Below are positions 9,184 through 17,379 of a stretch of DNA of 64,000 bases, one piece after another. The position numbers and the translations under genes are program-made. Numbering within the stretch: the first letter of the stretch is position 1; each line of letters begins with the position of its first letter. The DNA is taken from positions 1,023,745 through 1,087,744 of the forward strand of contig BOLA01000001.1 of assembly GCA_016861265.1 (NCBI GenBank), read 5' to 3'. The notes beneath the pieces are model-generated. The model saw nothing but the letters and a program-made list of their open reading frames with translations, was not told where the DNA came from and made no database searches. Source of the DNA: Patescibacteria group bacterium (GTDB taxonomy: Bacteria > Patescibacteriota > Dojkabacteria > J137).

Positions 9184-9274
9184 TGGCGGAGAGGACAGGA
9201 TTCGAACCTGCGACCCGATTGCTCGAGTACAGTCTTTCCAGGACTGCGCACTAGACCAACTATGCGACCTCTCC
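9184..9274 (-). tRNA. tRNA-Ser (anticodon GGA), long variable arm, encoded CCA
   Basis: Reverse complement GGAGAGG...CAGTC-CTGGAAA-GACTG...long variable arm...CAGGTTCGAATCCTG...CCTCTCC-G-CCA. Anticodon stem 5 bp with a 7-nt loop, U33, anticodon GGA, discriminator G73. Confidence 0.85.
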
Positions 9275-9285
9275 AATAGGATTAA

Positions 9286-9357
9286 AGGTGTTGGCGGGAA
9301 TCGAACCCGCGAATAGCAGTTTTGCAGACTGCCGCCTTACCACTTGGCCACAACACC
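9286..9357 (-). tRNA. tRNA-Cys (anticodon GCA), no encoded CCA
   Basis: Reverse complement GGTGTTG-TGGCCAAGTGGTAAGGCG-GCAGT-CTGCAAA-ACTGC-TATTC-GCGGGTTCGATTCCCGC-CAACACC-T. Acceptor and T stems are perfect; anticodon GCA; discriminator U73, as expected for Cys. Confidence 0.85.
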
Positions 9358-9504
9358 ATAAATACGGTAGATGCAAAAGCAATTATAGCAGAATACCCAG
9401 GCTTTTAATGTTAATTGCTATTAACTTTTTATCTCCTTTACCAAGTAGATAGTTTTTTAATTACTCCCTCATTAGTGTTAGAATTTTTTGTATAACAAAT
9501 TTAT

Positions 9505-10020
9505 ATGGCTACACCAAGAATTAAAGTAATAGTAAACGACAAAATGCAGAATAACTATAGCTACTATAGAACAGAACCTATTGGAGAAAATTTTGATGAA
9601 AGGTTCAAGCCGGGTCTAACTCCAAAGCAGATGTTAGAGTTAGGAGTTTTTGGTGGAAAGTACATGACTGATTGTAAGAATGAATTCCCTGAAGATTGGT
9701 ATAAAAATGCAAAGCTATGTTCCGAAAGACACGATCCCGAACTGAATTTTTTTAAGGTAAATGCTAGCCAACCCTTAAAAGTCTGGATTCAAAAAGGCTG
9801 GATCTACCCTGAAGATCCTCGTGGCTGGTTCCAGTGGTACTGCAGATACTATATGGGAAGAAGAATTCCTATAGAAGACGATAGACAAATAAGGCGTTGG
9901 CTTGCAATTAAAAGACATATTGCACAGGTTCAAAAAAATTGTGTATCAGGAGACTTAACCTGTAGGCATAAGCAAAGACAGGCAATCCTGCATTGGGCTT
10001 ACGATAGTCGAAAAATTTAA
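9505..10020 (+). CDS. conserved hypothetical protein (Trp/Tyr/Arg-rich motif GWFQWYCRYYMGRR)
   Basis: 171-aa ORF with ATG start, coding-like composition and no recognisable family motif. Confidence 0.5.
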   Translation: MATPRIKVIVNDKMQNNYSYYRTEPIGENFDERFKPGLTPKQMLELGVFGGKYMTDCKNEFPEDWYKNAKLCSERHDPELNFFKVNASQPLKVWIQKGWIYPEDPRGWFQWYCRYYMGRRIPIEDDRQIRRWLAIKRHIAQVQKNCVSGDLTCRHKQRQAILHWAYDSRKI

Positions 10021-10067
10021 CTTAATTCTTTGTTATATAATTACCTATCAATTTAGTAAATACTTAT

Positions 10068-11072
10068 ATGGATAATATAAACGCAATTCTGGCTAATGCA
10101 AAATCAATATTAGTTACTTCTCACTTACAGCCCGACCCAGATGCGATATGTTCATCCTTAGGAATGTATGATTATATCCTTAAATCTTTTCCAAATGCTA
10201 AGACCGACATTTACTTAAATGGCGAAAAATTACAGGCATACTCTACCTTAAAAAATTACGATGATATTAAGTGGATTAAGGATGTTTCTGAAGTAGTGAA
10301 TAACTACGACACATTGGTTTTTACAGATGGAAGCCATTTATCGCGTTTTACAAACTCCGAGGAATCCATAGATTTATCAAGGTTTAAAACAATATGTATT
10401 GATCATCATAAGAACGAACAATCAAATTGGGACTCCGTAATACTGGAATCTCAGGAACCATCTGCAGCTCAAATTATATATAAATACTTTTTTAGGGGGA
10501 CTAACTTAATAGAATCCAATATTGCCGAAGTTCTTTTAACAGGAATTCTAAGCGATACGGGAATGCTTAGATTTGTAAGACCATCTGCACTTTCAACATT
10601 CGATTACGTCAAAGAACTGATCGAAATAAGCGACCTTGATTTAAAAATTATTGAAGATAAGTACTTTAATCTAACCGAATCCGATATGGATATTATTAGT
10701 GTACTAACAACCAATATTACAAAGGTTGATGATTATAAACATCCGTTTATTTATTCCTACTTACCTATGGAGTATTTAAATAAGTATTCGTTAAATCTAA
10801 CAAAGCAAGGTAAGTCAAAATTCCAAATGTTCTTTGCAACTTCAATAGGTAAGTATAAGTGGAGTTTTATTGCTACCCCAAACAGTGATTCGGTAATGAA
10901 TATATCATTAAGATCCTCACCAGGAGTGGAAAATGTTAGGTTAATTGGTCAACAATTTGGTGGCGGTGGTCACGACTTAGCCAGCGGGGGTGAATTCCCA
11001 ATCGGACCTGGGCAAGACAGTGCGCAGGTATGTTTAAAGATTGTGGAAAAAATTAAGGGGTTAAATTTATAA
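10068..11072 (+). CDS. DHH/DHHA1-family phosphoesterase (NrnA-like nanoRNase / pAp phosphatase)
   Basis: DHH motif ICIDHHKN and DHHA1 motif FGGGGHDLASGG. Confidence 0.75.
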   Translation: MDNINAILANAKSILVTSHLQPDPDAICSSLGMYDYILKSFPNAKTDIYLNGEKLQAYSTLKNYDDIKWIKDVSEVVNNYDTLVFTDGSHLSRFTNSEESIDLSRFKTICIDHHKNEQSNWDSVILESQEPSAAQIIYKYFFRGTNLIESNIAEVLLTGILSDTGMLRFVRPSALSTFDYVKELIEISDLDLKIIEDKYFNLTESDMDIISVLTTNITKVDDYKHPFIYSYLPMEYLNKYSLNLTKQGKSKFQMFFATSIGKYKWSFIATPNSDSVMNISLRSSPGVENVRLIGQQFGGGGHDLASGGEFPIGPGQDSAQVCLKIVEKIKGLNL

Positions 11073-11075
11073 ATC

Positions 11076-11828
11076 ATGACTGAAAAAGTAATTCCCAAGC
11101 ATGTAGTTTTAATACCCGATGGAAATAGGCGTTGGGCGAGATCTAAAGGTTGGTTGGCTTATGTTGGCCACAGAAAGGCTGGCAGTTTAGAACGTATTGT
11201 CGAATTATTTTATGCATCTAAGCAGTTAGGCATACAATACTTATCGGTATGGGGTTTTTCTACAGAAAACTGGGAAAGGGATTCAAAGGAAGTCGACGAA
11301 ATTTTTAAGGTACTCTTTAAAGCCTTGCATGGTTTAAAAGACTTAATGCACAAAGAGCATATAAGATTTAGACATTTAGGTAGAAAAGACCGACTGCCTA
11401 AGGATTTACTAGCTGCCATGAATAATCTTGAGGAAGATACTAAGGACTATACCGCCTTGAACTTTAATCTTCTGCTAGATTACGGAGGACGTACAAGTCT
11501 TATCGAAGCTGTTAATAGAATATTATCTAAGGGCTACACTCAAATTACCGAAAAAGAGCTAAAAGAGAACCTCGAAACAAATACTATCCCAGATCCAGAT
11601 CTAATTATTAGAACTTCTGGAGAACAACGAACAAGCGGTGTTTATGCCTTTGAAGGAACCTATGCAGAATTATATTTTACCGAAGTCTTATTCCCTGACT
11701 TTACACCTGTAGAATTTACAAAAGCTATAGATGAATTCTCTAAAAGAGTCAGAAGATTTGGTGGTACTAATAAAAAGGATCTAAAAAACATTAAAGATCA
11801 ATTAATTGATCCAGATAAATCGAGCTGA
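11076..11828 (+). CDS. uppS: undecaprenyl-diphosphate synthase (cis-prenyltransferase)
   Basis: HVVLIPDGNRRWA is the canonical UppS N-terminal motif; ...IRTSGEQRTSG... Confidence 0.85.
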   Translation: MTEKVIPKHVVLIPDGNRRWARSKGWLAYVGHRKAGSLERIVELFYASKQLGIQYLSVWGFSTENWERDSKEVDEIFKVLFKALHGLKDLMHKEHIRFRHLGRKDRLPKDLLAAMNNLEEDTKDYTALNFNLLLDYGGRTSLIEAVNRILSKGYTQITEKELKENLETNTIPDPDLIIRTSGEQRTSGVYAFEGTYAELYFTEVLFPDFTPVEFTKAIDEFSKRVRRFGGTNKKDLKNIKDQLIDPDKSS

Positions 11829-12039
11829 GATCGCCTAGAGAAGTGTCTGCAAAATTTATTTTCTTCTAAAAATTACAAATACTTGTGAAAATACTATAGG
11901 TTTTTACAATTTTGTAAGAAAATTTGTGAAAACATATTGCATTAATATTTTTTATGCTCTACAATAACCAATATTATTTTCACAGAAATATATCTGTTTA
12001 ATGACAAGAAAGATTCAAACAAAATTGAATTGCGTTATT

Positions 12040-12232
12040 TATCCGCTTATTGCGGATGGTTCTTGTCGGATAGCTTAACTTTCGTTATTTCCGACAAGCC
12101 ACTATAAGAAGTGCAAGTGTCGGAAGAATTGATTACCTAATTAAAGACGTTGATATTCCTTATGGTAGCTTGTCGGGTGTAATGCCAGTTCGGCTTCACT
12201 CAGCTCGTTGACAATTCTTAAGGAGGTGTCTT
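12040..12232 (+). promoter_or_regulatory. structured 5' leader of the ABC exporter with alternative hairpins and a 25-codon uORF (12001-12078)
   Basis: tccgc-ttatt-gcgga hairpin. cttgtcgga(12062-70)/tccgacaag(12092-12100) form a 9-bp stem, and agcttgtcggg (~12169) could alternatively pair with the second arm. The uORF ATG 12001...TAA 12076 (MTRKIQTKLNCVIYPLIADGSCRIA) ends inside the first stem arm. A perfect SD AAGGAGG lies 9 nt before the GTG start. Confidence 0.3.
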
Positions 12233-14119
12233 GTGTCTAAGCATTACCGCCGTTCCCTGTACAAGGGTCAGTTCAAGCAGAACGCTCTTAGGAGTTTTCT
12301 GGCAATCCTTTGGGAGTACAGGAGTTTTATGTACTTTCCAGCATTGATGGTGTTGCTGCTCGAAGCGGCTCAAATGGGTGCAAGGGTTTTTATTTCTGAA
12401 ATCCTAGCACGAATTGAGCTGGCCGATTGGAGTGCACTAGGCGTTTTGTTGCTGAGCATGTTTTTGTATAACATGCTTACTCTTGCAATCGATGCAAAGA
12501 TGGTTCGCGTTGTAATTGAGCGAGTCGGCTACGACTTTGCATTTGCATACGAAAACAAGGTTCTAAGGCACGTAGCAAGACTGGGACACACATTCAATTC
12601 ATCTTTTCCTATCTCTGTAACCCTGGATAGGATAGCTAAAATCGAACGTGTGTCGGATCTAGTTGAACAGGGTTTCTGGACTTTGTTCAACAATGTTTTT
12701 CAGGGCATAATCAGTTTGATTGTGCTAAGCATTTATCTGCCTGCTGCCGTACCTGTGGTGCTTGTGGTGTTCTTTCTCTTCATAAGGTTTAACAACATTA
12801 TGATTGAGAAACAGGCTATTGTACGCAAACGCCGCAAGGATCGAGGTGAAGATAAGGCTGAAATTCGAATGCGTCTAGTTGCAGCCAATACGACACTGCT
12901 GTCCAATGGCGCATTGGAACGCACTGAGCAGACAGTCTTTAAAAGCTCCTCTCACCTAAAGCGTGTTGGAATTCTGGAGCTGATGCATGTACTTCGTGGA
13001 AATGGAATTATCCGCGATGTGCTGCTCTACTTTGGCCGTTTTGCGGTACTTGCCTTTGCGGTTAGTATGGCTCAGGCTAAGGTAATCGATATTCCCCGCC
13101 TTGTGCTGGTCTACACCGTTTCCGAAACCATGTTCATTGGAATGTGGGGTGTGGTTCGCTTTGTGTACTCGTTCATGTACGAAAGTCCATCAATTCTCAA
13201 GATTGATGAACTCATGCAGATTACACCGACAGTAGTGGAACCTGTAAATCCTGTATCAATTCCTGCTGGTCCGTTAGGGTTTGCATTCAACGATGTAAAC
13301 TTCACGTATCGTGGAATTGAGATTCAAGGTAAAAAGCAGGTTGATCCATACTTTGGCGAAAATCTAGCTCGAGCAAACCATTTAAGGCAACAACTCGGTG
13401 TTCACCCCTATCAGGTAAAAAAGGCTGAAGAACAGCCTTTGCATTTGTGCGGAGTGAACTTAAACATTATGCCAGGGCAGAAGGTTGCCTTGGTAGGACA
13501 TAGTGGCGCAGGTAAGAGCACACTGTCACTGCTGCTTTCTAAGCTTCAGGTGCCTGACTGCGGTCAACTGCTTGTTAACGGAGTGCCGATCGAGCAACTC
13601 GATGGCTACGAACTGCGAAGCAGAATTGCCGTCGTGCCACAAGGTTCGAACGTAGACATATTCAATGACACCCTGTTGCATAACATTACACTTGGCGACG
13701 AGCGTTTTGAAGTGGCAGATGTTATTGAAGCCCTAAAGGTAGCGGAGCTTTGGAACACTGTTCTGGAGTGGCCGCTAATGCTCTACGAAACAATCGGTGA
13801 ACGCGGCAGAACTTTATCGGGAGGTCAGCAGCAGCGGGTTGCAATCGCAAGAGCAGCAATACGTAAGCCTGATCTCATTATTCTAGATGAAGCTACAAGC
13901 GCACTCGATACCGAAACCGAACGTCTGGTTCAGGCTTCGCTTAATCGATTGCTGCAAGGTAGAACAGCAGTGATTATCGCTCATAGACTTTCTACAATCA
14001 AAGACGCGGACATGATTGTAGTAATGCGCGATGGTTCAATCGGCGAAATGGGAACTTGGGACGAGCTTGTACATACGGAAGGAGATTTTGCAAAGCTCGT
14101 TAAGGCACAAACTCTTTAA
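12233..14119 (+). CDS. ABC exporter, fused permease + ATPase (GTG start); GC content far above surroundings
   Basis: Six-TM N-terminal half. NBD with Walker A GHSGAGKST, signature LSGGQQQRVAIARA and Walker B IILDEATSALD. A counted ~100-nt sample is about 52% GC, against about 30% in the flanks. Confidence 0.85.
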   Translation: MSKHYRRSLYKGQFKQNALRSFLAILWEYRSFMYFPALMVLLLEAAQMGARVFISEILARIELADWSALGVLLLSMFLYNMLTLAIDAKMVRVVIERVGYDFAFAYENKVLRHVARLGHTFNSSFPISVTLDRIAKIERVSDLVEQGFWTLFNNVFQGIISLIVLSIYLPAAVPVVLVVFFLFIRFNNIMIEKQAIVRKRRKDRGEDKAEIRMRLVAANTTLLSNGALERTEQTVFKSSSHLKRVGILELMHVLRGNGIIRDVLLYFGRFAVLAFAVSMAQAKVIDIPRLVLVYTVSETMFIGMWGVVRFVYSFMYESPSILKIDELMQITPTVVEPVNPVSIPAGPLGFAFNDVNFTYRGIEIQGKKQVDPYFGENLARANHLRQQLGVHPYQVKKAEEQPLHLCGVNLNIMPGQKVALVGHSGAGKSTLSLLLSKLQVPDCGQLLVNGVPIEQLDGYELRSRIAVVPQGSNVDIFNDTLLHNITLGDERFEVADVIEALKVAELWNTVLEWPLMLYETIGERGRTLSGGQQQRVAIARAAIRKPDLIILDEATSALDTETERLVQASLNRLLQGRTAVIIAHRLSTIKDADMIVVMRDGSIGEMGTWDELVHTEGDFAKLVKAQTL

Positions 14120-14135
14120 GAGTTGCAATAAGCAA

Positions 14136-14182
14136 TAAAAAAGGGGCGAATCTTAGATTAAAAACCTTTGATTCGTCCCCGT
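14136..14182 (-). terminator. hairpin with U-tract on the minus strand (terminator of the 14265-14558 gene; also sits just after the ABC stop)
   Basis: aaaaaa-ggggcgaatc...gattcgtcccc. The minus strand reads stem-loop then TTTTTT. Confidence 0.45.
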
Positions 14183-14264
14183 AACCCACAATAATTATAC
14201 CATAATAGGCGGTAATTCTACGTCTACTTGGGAATATATAAAAAGTTGCTACTTAAAATGGATG

Positions 14265-14558
14265 TTACTCAATTCCTATTTCATCAATCTCTGGGAATAC
14301 TTTTCTTACTTCATCCCAGAATTTTTCAGCGAGTTTAGAAGTATAGTTACCATAGCCCGTGCTTTCACTTCTGCCACAAAGTACACTTTCGTAGTGTCTA
14401 ATAATTTCAATTATCTTTTCACCTTCTTTATTGAATTCTGCCCTATTTGCCTTTGAATCTGCTGCAAATTTTGCATGAGTAATCATAAAATGTTCTAGTT
14501 CGGCTTTATGGTCTGTCCACATATCTTCGAATACTTTTTTAAATTGAGGTTTAGCCAT
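14265..14558 (-). CDS. small hypothetical protein (97 aa)
   Basis: ATG-start ORF, convergent with the ABC gene and followed by the hairpin/U-tract above. Confidence 0.4.
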   Translation of the reverse strand: MAKPQFKKVFEDMWTDHKAELEHFMITHAKFAADSKANRAEFNKEGEKIIEIIRHYESVLCGRSESTGYGNYTSKLAEKFWDEVRKVFPEIDEIGIE

Positions 14559-14662
14559 ACAAAATAACTAATTGAATTGATTGTTTAAAAAGACATGAAT
14601 TATTTTATCAATAAAATGTAAATTTGAATGCTAAAATTTAAAAGTAAATTTAAATAATAAAT

Positions 14663-15355
14663 ATGGACTTAAAAATCGGTGATCTTTTTTACATAAAGGC
14701 AGATGGCAAATATTACGTATATAAACTACTAAGAATAGATTCTGAAACTGGAATTCATCATGTAATTGTATATCAGCCATACGAATATTCCCCAGACGAA
14801 ATTGATTTTAAAACTCTAGAAGTTTTAACAAAACATATTCCAATAGACACGCCAAAGGAATATAAAATTATTGGACATTCAGATGTTACTGAACAAGAAT
14901 TACAAGGTTTTTACGATTATCTAAAATTAACGGATTTTGCCAGATTCTTAGAAGAGACTGGTACTACAATTGAAGAAGTTATAAATACAGCAAACGGTTA
15001 CTTCATGGAAGCCGATAATGCTTATAAATCAGAAGAGTTTAGAGAGGCAATTCAAAAATATACTCAGGCAATAGAAGTTTACCCATTATTTTTTGAAGCA
15101 ATAGATAGACGAGCGTTTACAAAAATGGCTCTAGGTGAATTTTTAGATGCAATAAAAGACTTTGAATTTTCATTAATGGTTAATCCGGATTCTGTAATCG
15201 CAGAGTTTGCAATTGGAGAGTGTTATTTTAAATTAGGTGACTTTGAGAAAGCCGTGGAGCAATTTGAACATACAGCAAAACTTTATCCAGATGATGATTT
15301 AACAATGGAGTGGCTTGAATTAAGCAAACGTGAACTTGCACAATCGCAAGACTAA
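14663..15355 (+). CDS. TPR-repeat protein
   Basis: C-terminal half has TPR-like helices (AYKSEEFREAIQKYTQAIEVYP...AIKDFEFSLMVNPDS...GECYFKLGDFEKAVEQFEHTAKLYPDD). Confidence 0.55.
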   Translation: MDLKIGDLFYIKADGKYYVYKLLRIDSETGIHHVIVYQPYEYSPDEIDFKTLEVLTKHIPIDTPKEYKIIGHSDVTEQELQGFYDYLKLTDFARFLEETGTTIEEVINTANGYFMEADNAYKSEEFREAIQKYTQAIEVYPLFFEAIDRRAFTKMALGEFLDAIKDFEFSLMVNPDSVIAEFAIGECYFKLGDFEKAVEQFEHTAKLYPDDDLTMEWLELSKRELAQSQD

Positions 15356-15359
15356 AAAT

Positions 15360-16514
15360 ATGGACCTATCAGCAGATCAGCAAAATGCAATTACCACATT
15401 GCTTATGTGGTACAAAAATCCAAATAAATCTCCTTTTATTACACTAGGTGGTTATGCTGGTACGGGTAAGACCACTGTTATTTCGCTGTTAAGGAATCAA
15501 TTAAATGAAATTAATAAGACAATTTCCGTTTCCTTTTGCAGCTATACAGGTAAGGCTACTAGGGTGTTGGCGAATAGACTAAAAGATAACTCCTCTATTT
15601 ATCCTGCGGACACCGTAACAACAATACATTCTTTAATCTACACTGCACTTTTAGACGATTCTACTCAAGAAATAATAGGTTGGGAAAGAAAAAAGACACT
15701 GAACACGAATCTAATAATTGTAGACGAGGCTTCGATGGTAGATGAACAAATATGGCGAGATTTATTATCTTATAGAACTCCAATTATTGCTGTAGGTGAC
15801 CATGGACAGTTGCCTCCAATTAATTCGAGTTTTAACTTAATGGAAAATCCTAATCTTAAACTGGAACTAATCCATAGACAGGCAGAAAATAATCCAATTA
15901 TAGAGTTGTCCATAATGGCAAGAACTACGGGAGAAATACCAACAGGAAAATATGGACAAAATATTAAAAAATTTCTAAGGAGTGATTTTGATGCCTCTGA
16001 ATCAATTACTGAATTACTACAAAACTACAGAGAAGACACAATAATTCTATGTGGATTTAACACCACAAGGGTTAAGCTTAATAAATATGTGCGATCATCT
16101 TTGGGATTTGAAAGTCCCTTACCGGAAGCAAGAGATAGAGTTATTTGTTTAAAAAATAATAGAAAGAAAAATATATTTAATGGAATGCTTGGGAAGGTCT
16201 TATATGCAAATGATATTTTTGAATTTGCGTTAGAAATAGGTATAAAGATGGACTACGAGGATGATACATACGAAGGTAAAGTACTAAAGGAGCAATTCGG
16301 CTCAAAGGAAACTCTTACTAAAATGGCTAATAAAGAGTTAGATCTGTTCGATTTTGGATATGCACTAACAGTTCATAAATCACAGGGATCACAATCTAAA
16401 AGAGTAATTTTATTCGAAGAACGTGCGCAAGCAATGGACGATGCTATGTGGAAGAAGTGGCTTTACACTGCAGTAACCAGGGCTGAAGAAGAGCTTTTTA
16501 TTATTGGAAAATAA
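15360..16514 (+). CDS. RecD/Pif1/Dda-like SF1B DNA helicase (AAA_30 + UvrD_C_2)
   Basis: Walker A GGYAGTGKTT, Walker B IIVDEASMV, and C-terminal TVHKSQGSQSKRVILF. The track starts at GTG 15330 inside the TPR gene; the ATG at 15360, directly after the TPR stop, is the more likely start. Confidence 0.7.
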   Translation: MDLSADQQNAITTLLMWYKNPNKSPFITLGGYAGTGKTTVISLLRNQLNEINKTISVSFCSYTGKATRVLANRLKDNSSIYPADTVTTIHSLIYTALLDDSTQEIIGWERKKTLNTNLIIVDEASMVDEQIWRDLLSYRTPIIAVGDHGQLPPINSSFNLMENPNLKLELIHRQAENNPIIELSIMARTTGEIPTGKYGQNIKKFLRSDFDASESITELLQNYREDTIILCGFNTTRVKLNKYVRSSLGFESPLPEARDRVICLKNNRKKNIFNGMLGKVLYANDIFEFALEIGIKMDYEDDTYEGKVLKEQFGSKETLTKMANKELDLFDFGYALTVHKSQGSQSKRVILFEERAQAMDDAMWKKWLYTAVTRAEEELFIIGK

Positions 16515-17307
16515 AATCAAGAATTGAATTTCTTTTATTTACTCCCGCTTTAATAACATCTATAAATTCAATGGTTTTTTCGTAACCCTTTTTATAGAGA
16601 CCTTCTTTGTCTGCATTAAAATCTAGCATGTTGGTATTATCATCAAACCCAATAATTTTAAAATCTACGGGATTCATTTTTTGTTCGTTAATAGAGACTG
16701 TTTGCCATGCTACACCCAGTGCATCTACAAAGTCCTTCATAATTCCGGGCATTGCAGATACATCAATCCATTTTTCCACACTTATTCCTATTACATATTT
16801 TGCGCCGGCCTTTCTAAGATGATTTCCACCGTATGCTGTGCTAAATCCCCCATCTACCAATTTGTGCCCATCTCTATAAATAGGTTTTATTACAGGTGGA
16901 ACAGCACAACTGCCTATTATCGCACTAATTAAATCCCCACTTTTAATAACAACTTGCTCTTTGCTTTCAATGTCAGAGCAAAAGATTACCATTTTTTTGT
17001 TTAGTGAATCAAAGGTAGTTGCTTTAATGTATTGTTTTAATGCATGTTCTAGTAGATCGTGGTTAATTATCTCTCCGGCAATTACCGATGTGGGTCGTAT
17101 AAGTGTAAAAAAATTGGTATTCATTGCAATTTCGAGAATTTGCTTTCCTGAGTAGCCAGAAGCGTATAAAGCACCTACAATAGCACCTCCACTTAGACCT
17201 CCAACTACGTCTACTTCTATTCCATTGTCTTCTAGAGCCTGAAGAACACCGGCATAGATTAGAGCCTTTACTCCACCACCACTTAAAGAGATTCCAACTT
17301 TTTTCAT
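16501..17307 (-). CDS. patatin-like phospholipase
   Basis: Oxyanion/GxSxG region SLSGGGVKALIYAGVLQAL...GLSGGAIVGALYASG and catalytic DGG (LVDGGFST). Its 3' end overlaps the helicase 3' end by 14 nt (convergent). Confidence 0.8.
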   Translation of the reverse strand: MKKVGISLSGGGVKALIYAGVLQALEDNGIEVDVVGGLSGGAIVGALYASGYSGKQILEIAMNTNFFTLIRPTSVIAGEIINHDLLEHALKQYIKATTFDSLNKKMVIFCSDIESKEQVVIKSGDLISAIIGSCAVPPVIKPIYRDGHKLVDGGFSTAYGGNHLRKAGAKYVIGISVEKWIDVSAMPGIMKDFVDALGVAWQTVSINEQKMNPVDFKIIGFDDNTNMLDFNADKEGLYKKGYEKTIEFIDVIKAGVNKRNSILDFIFQ

Positions 17308-17379
17308 ATGAATAACTGATTGCGTTTATTCTATAATACAACAATATAATTTATACTTATAGAAAGTTATCTGTATTAA

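Noticed and set aside
9045-9254. 69-aa plus-strand ORF
   Set aside because: It overlaps tRNA-Ser on the opposite strand; its C-terminal 'protein' sequence is just the tRNA read as codons.
12201-12212. TTGACA hexamer just upstream of the ABC exporter SD, a possible -35 box
   Set aside because: It is only about 20 nt from the start codon, with no -10 at the proper spacing. More likely it is part of the leader RNA.
14262-14456. 64-aa plus-strand ORF
   Set aside because: Antisense to the better-supported 97-aa minus-strand ORF (14265-14558), which has an appropriately placed hairpin/U-tract.
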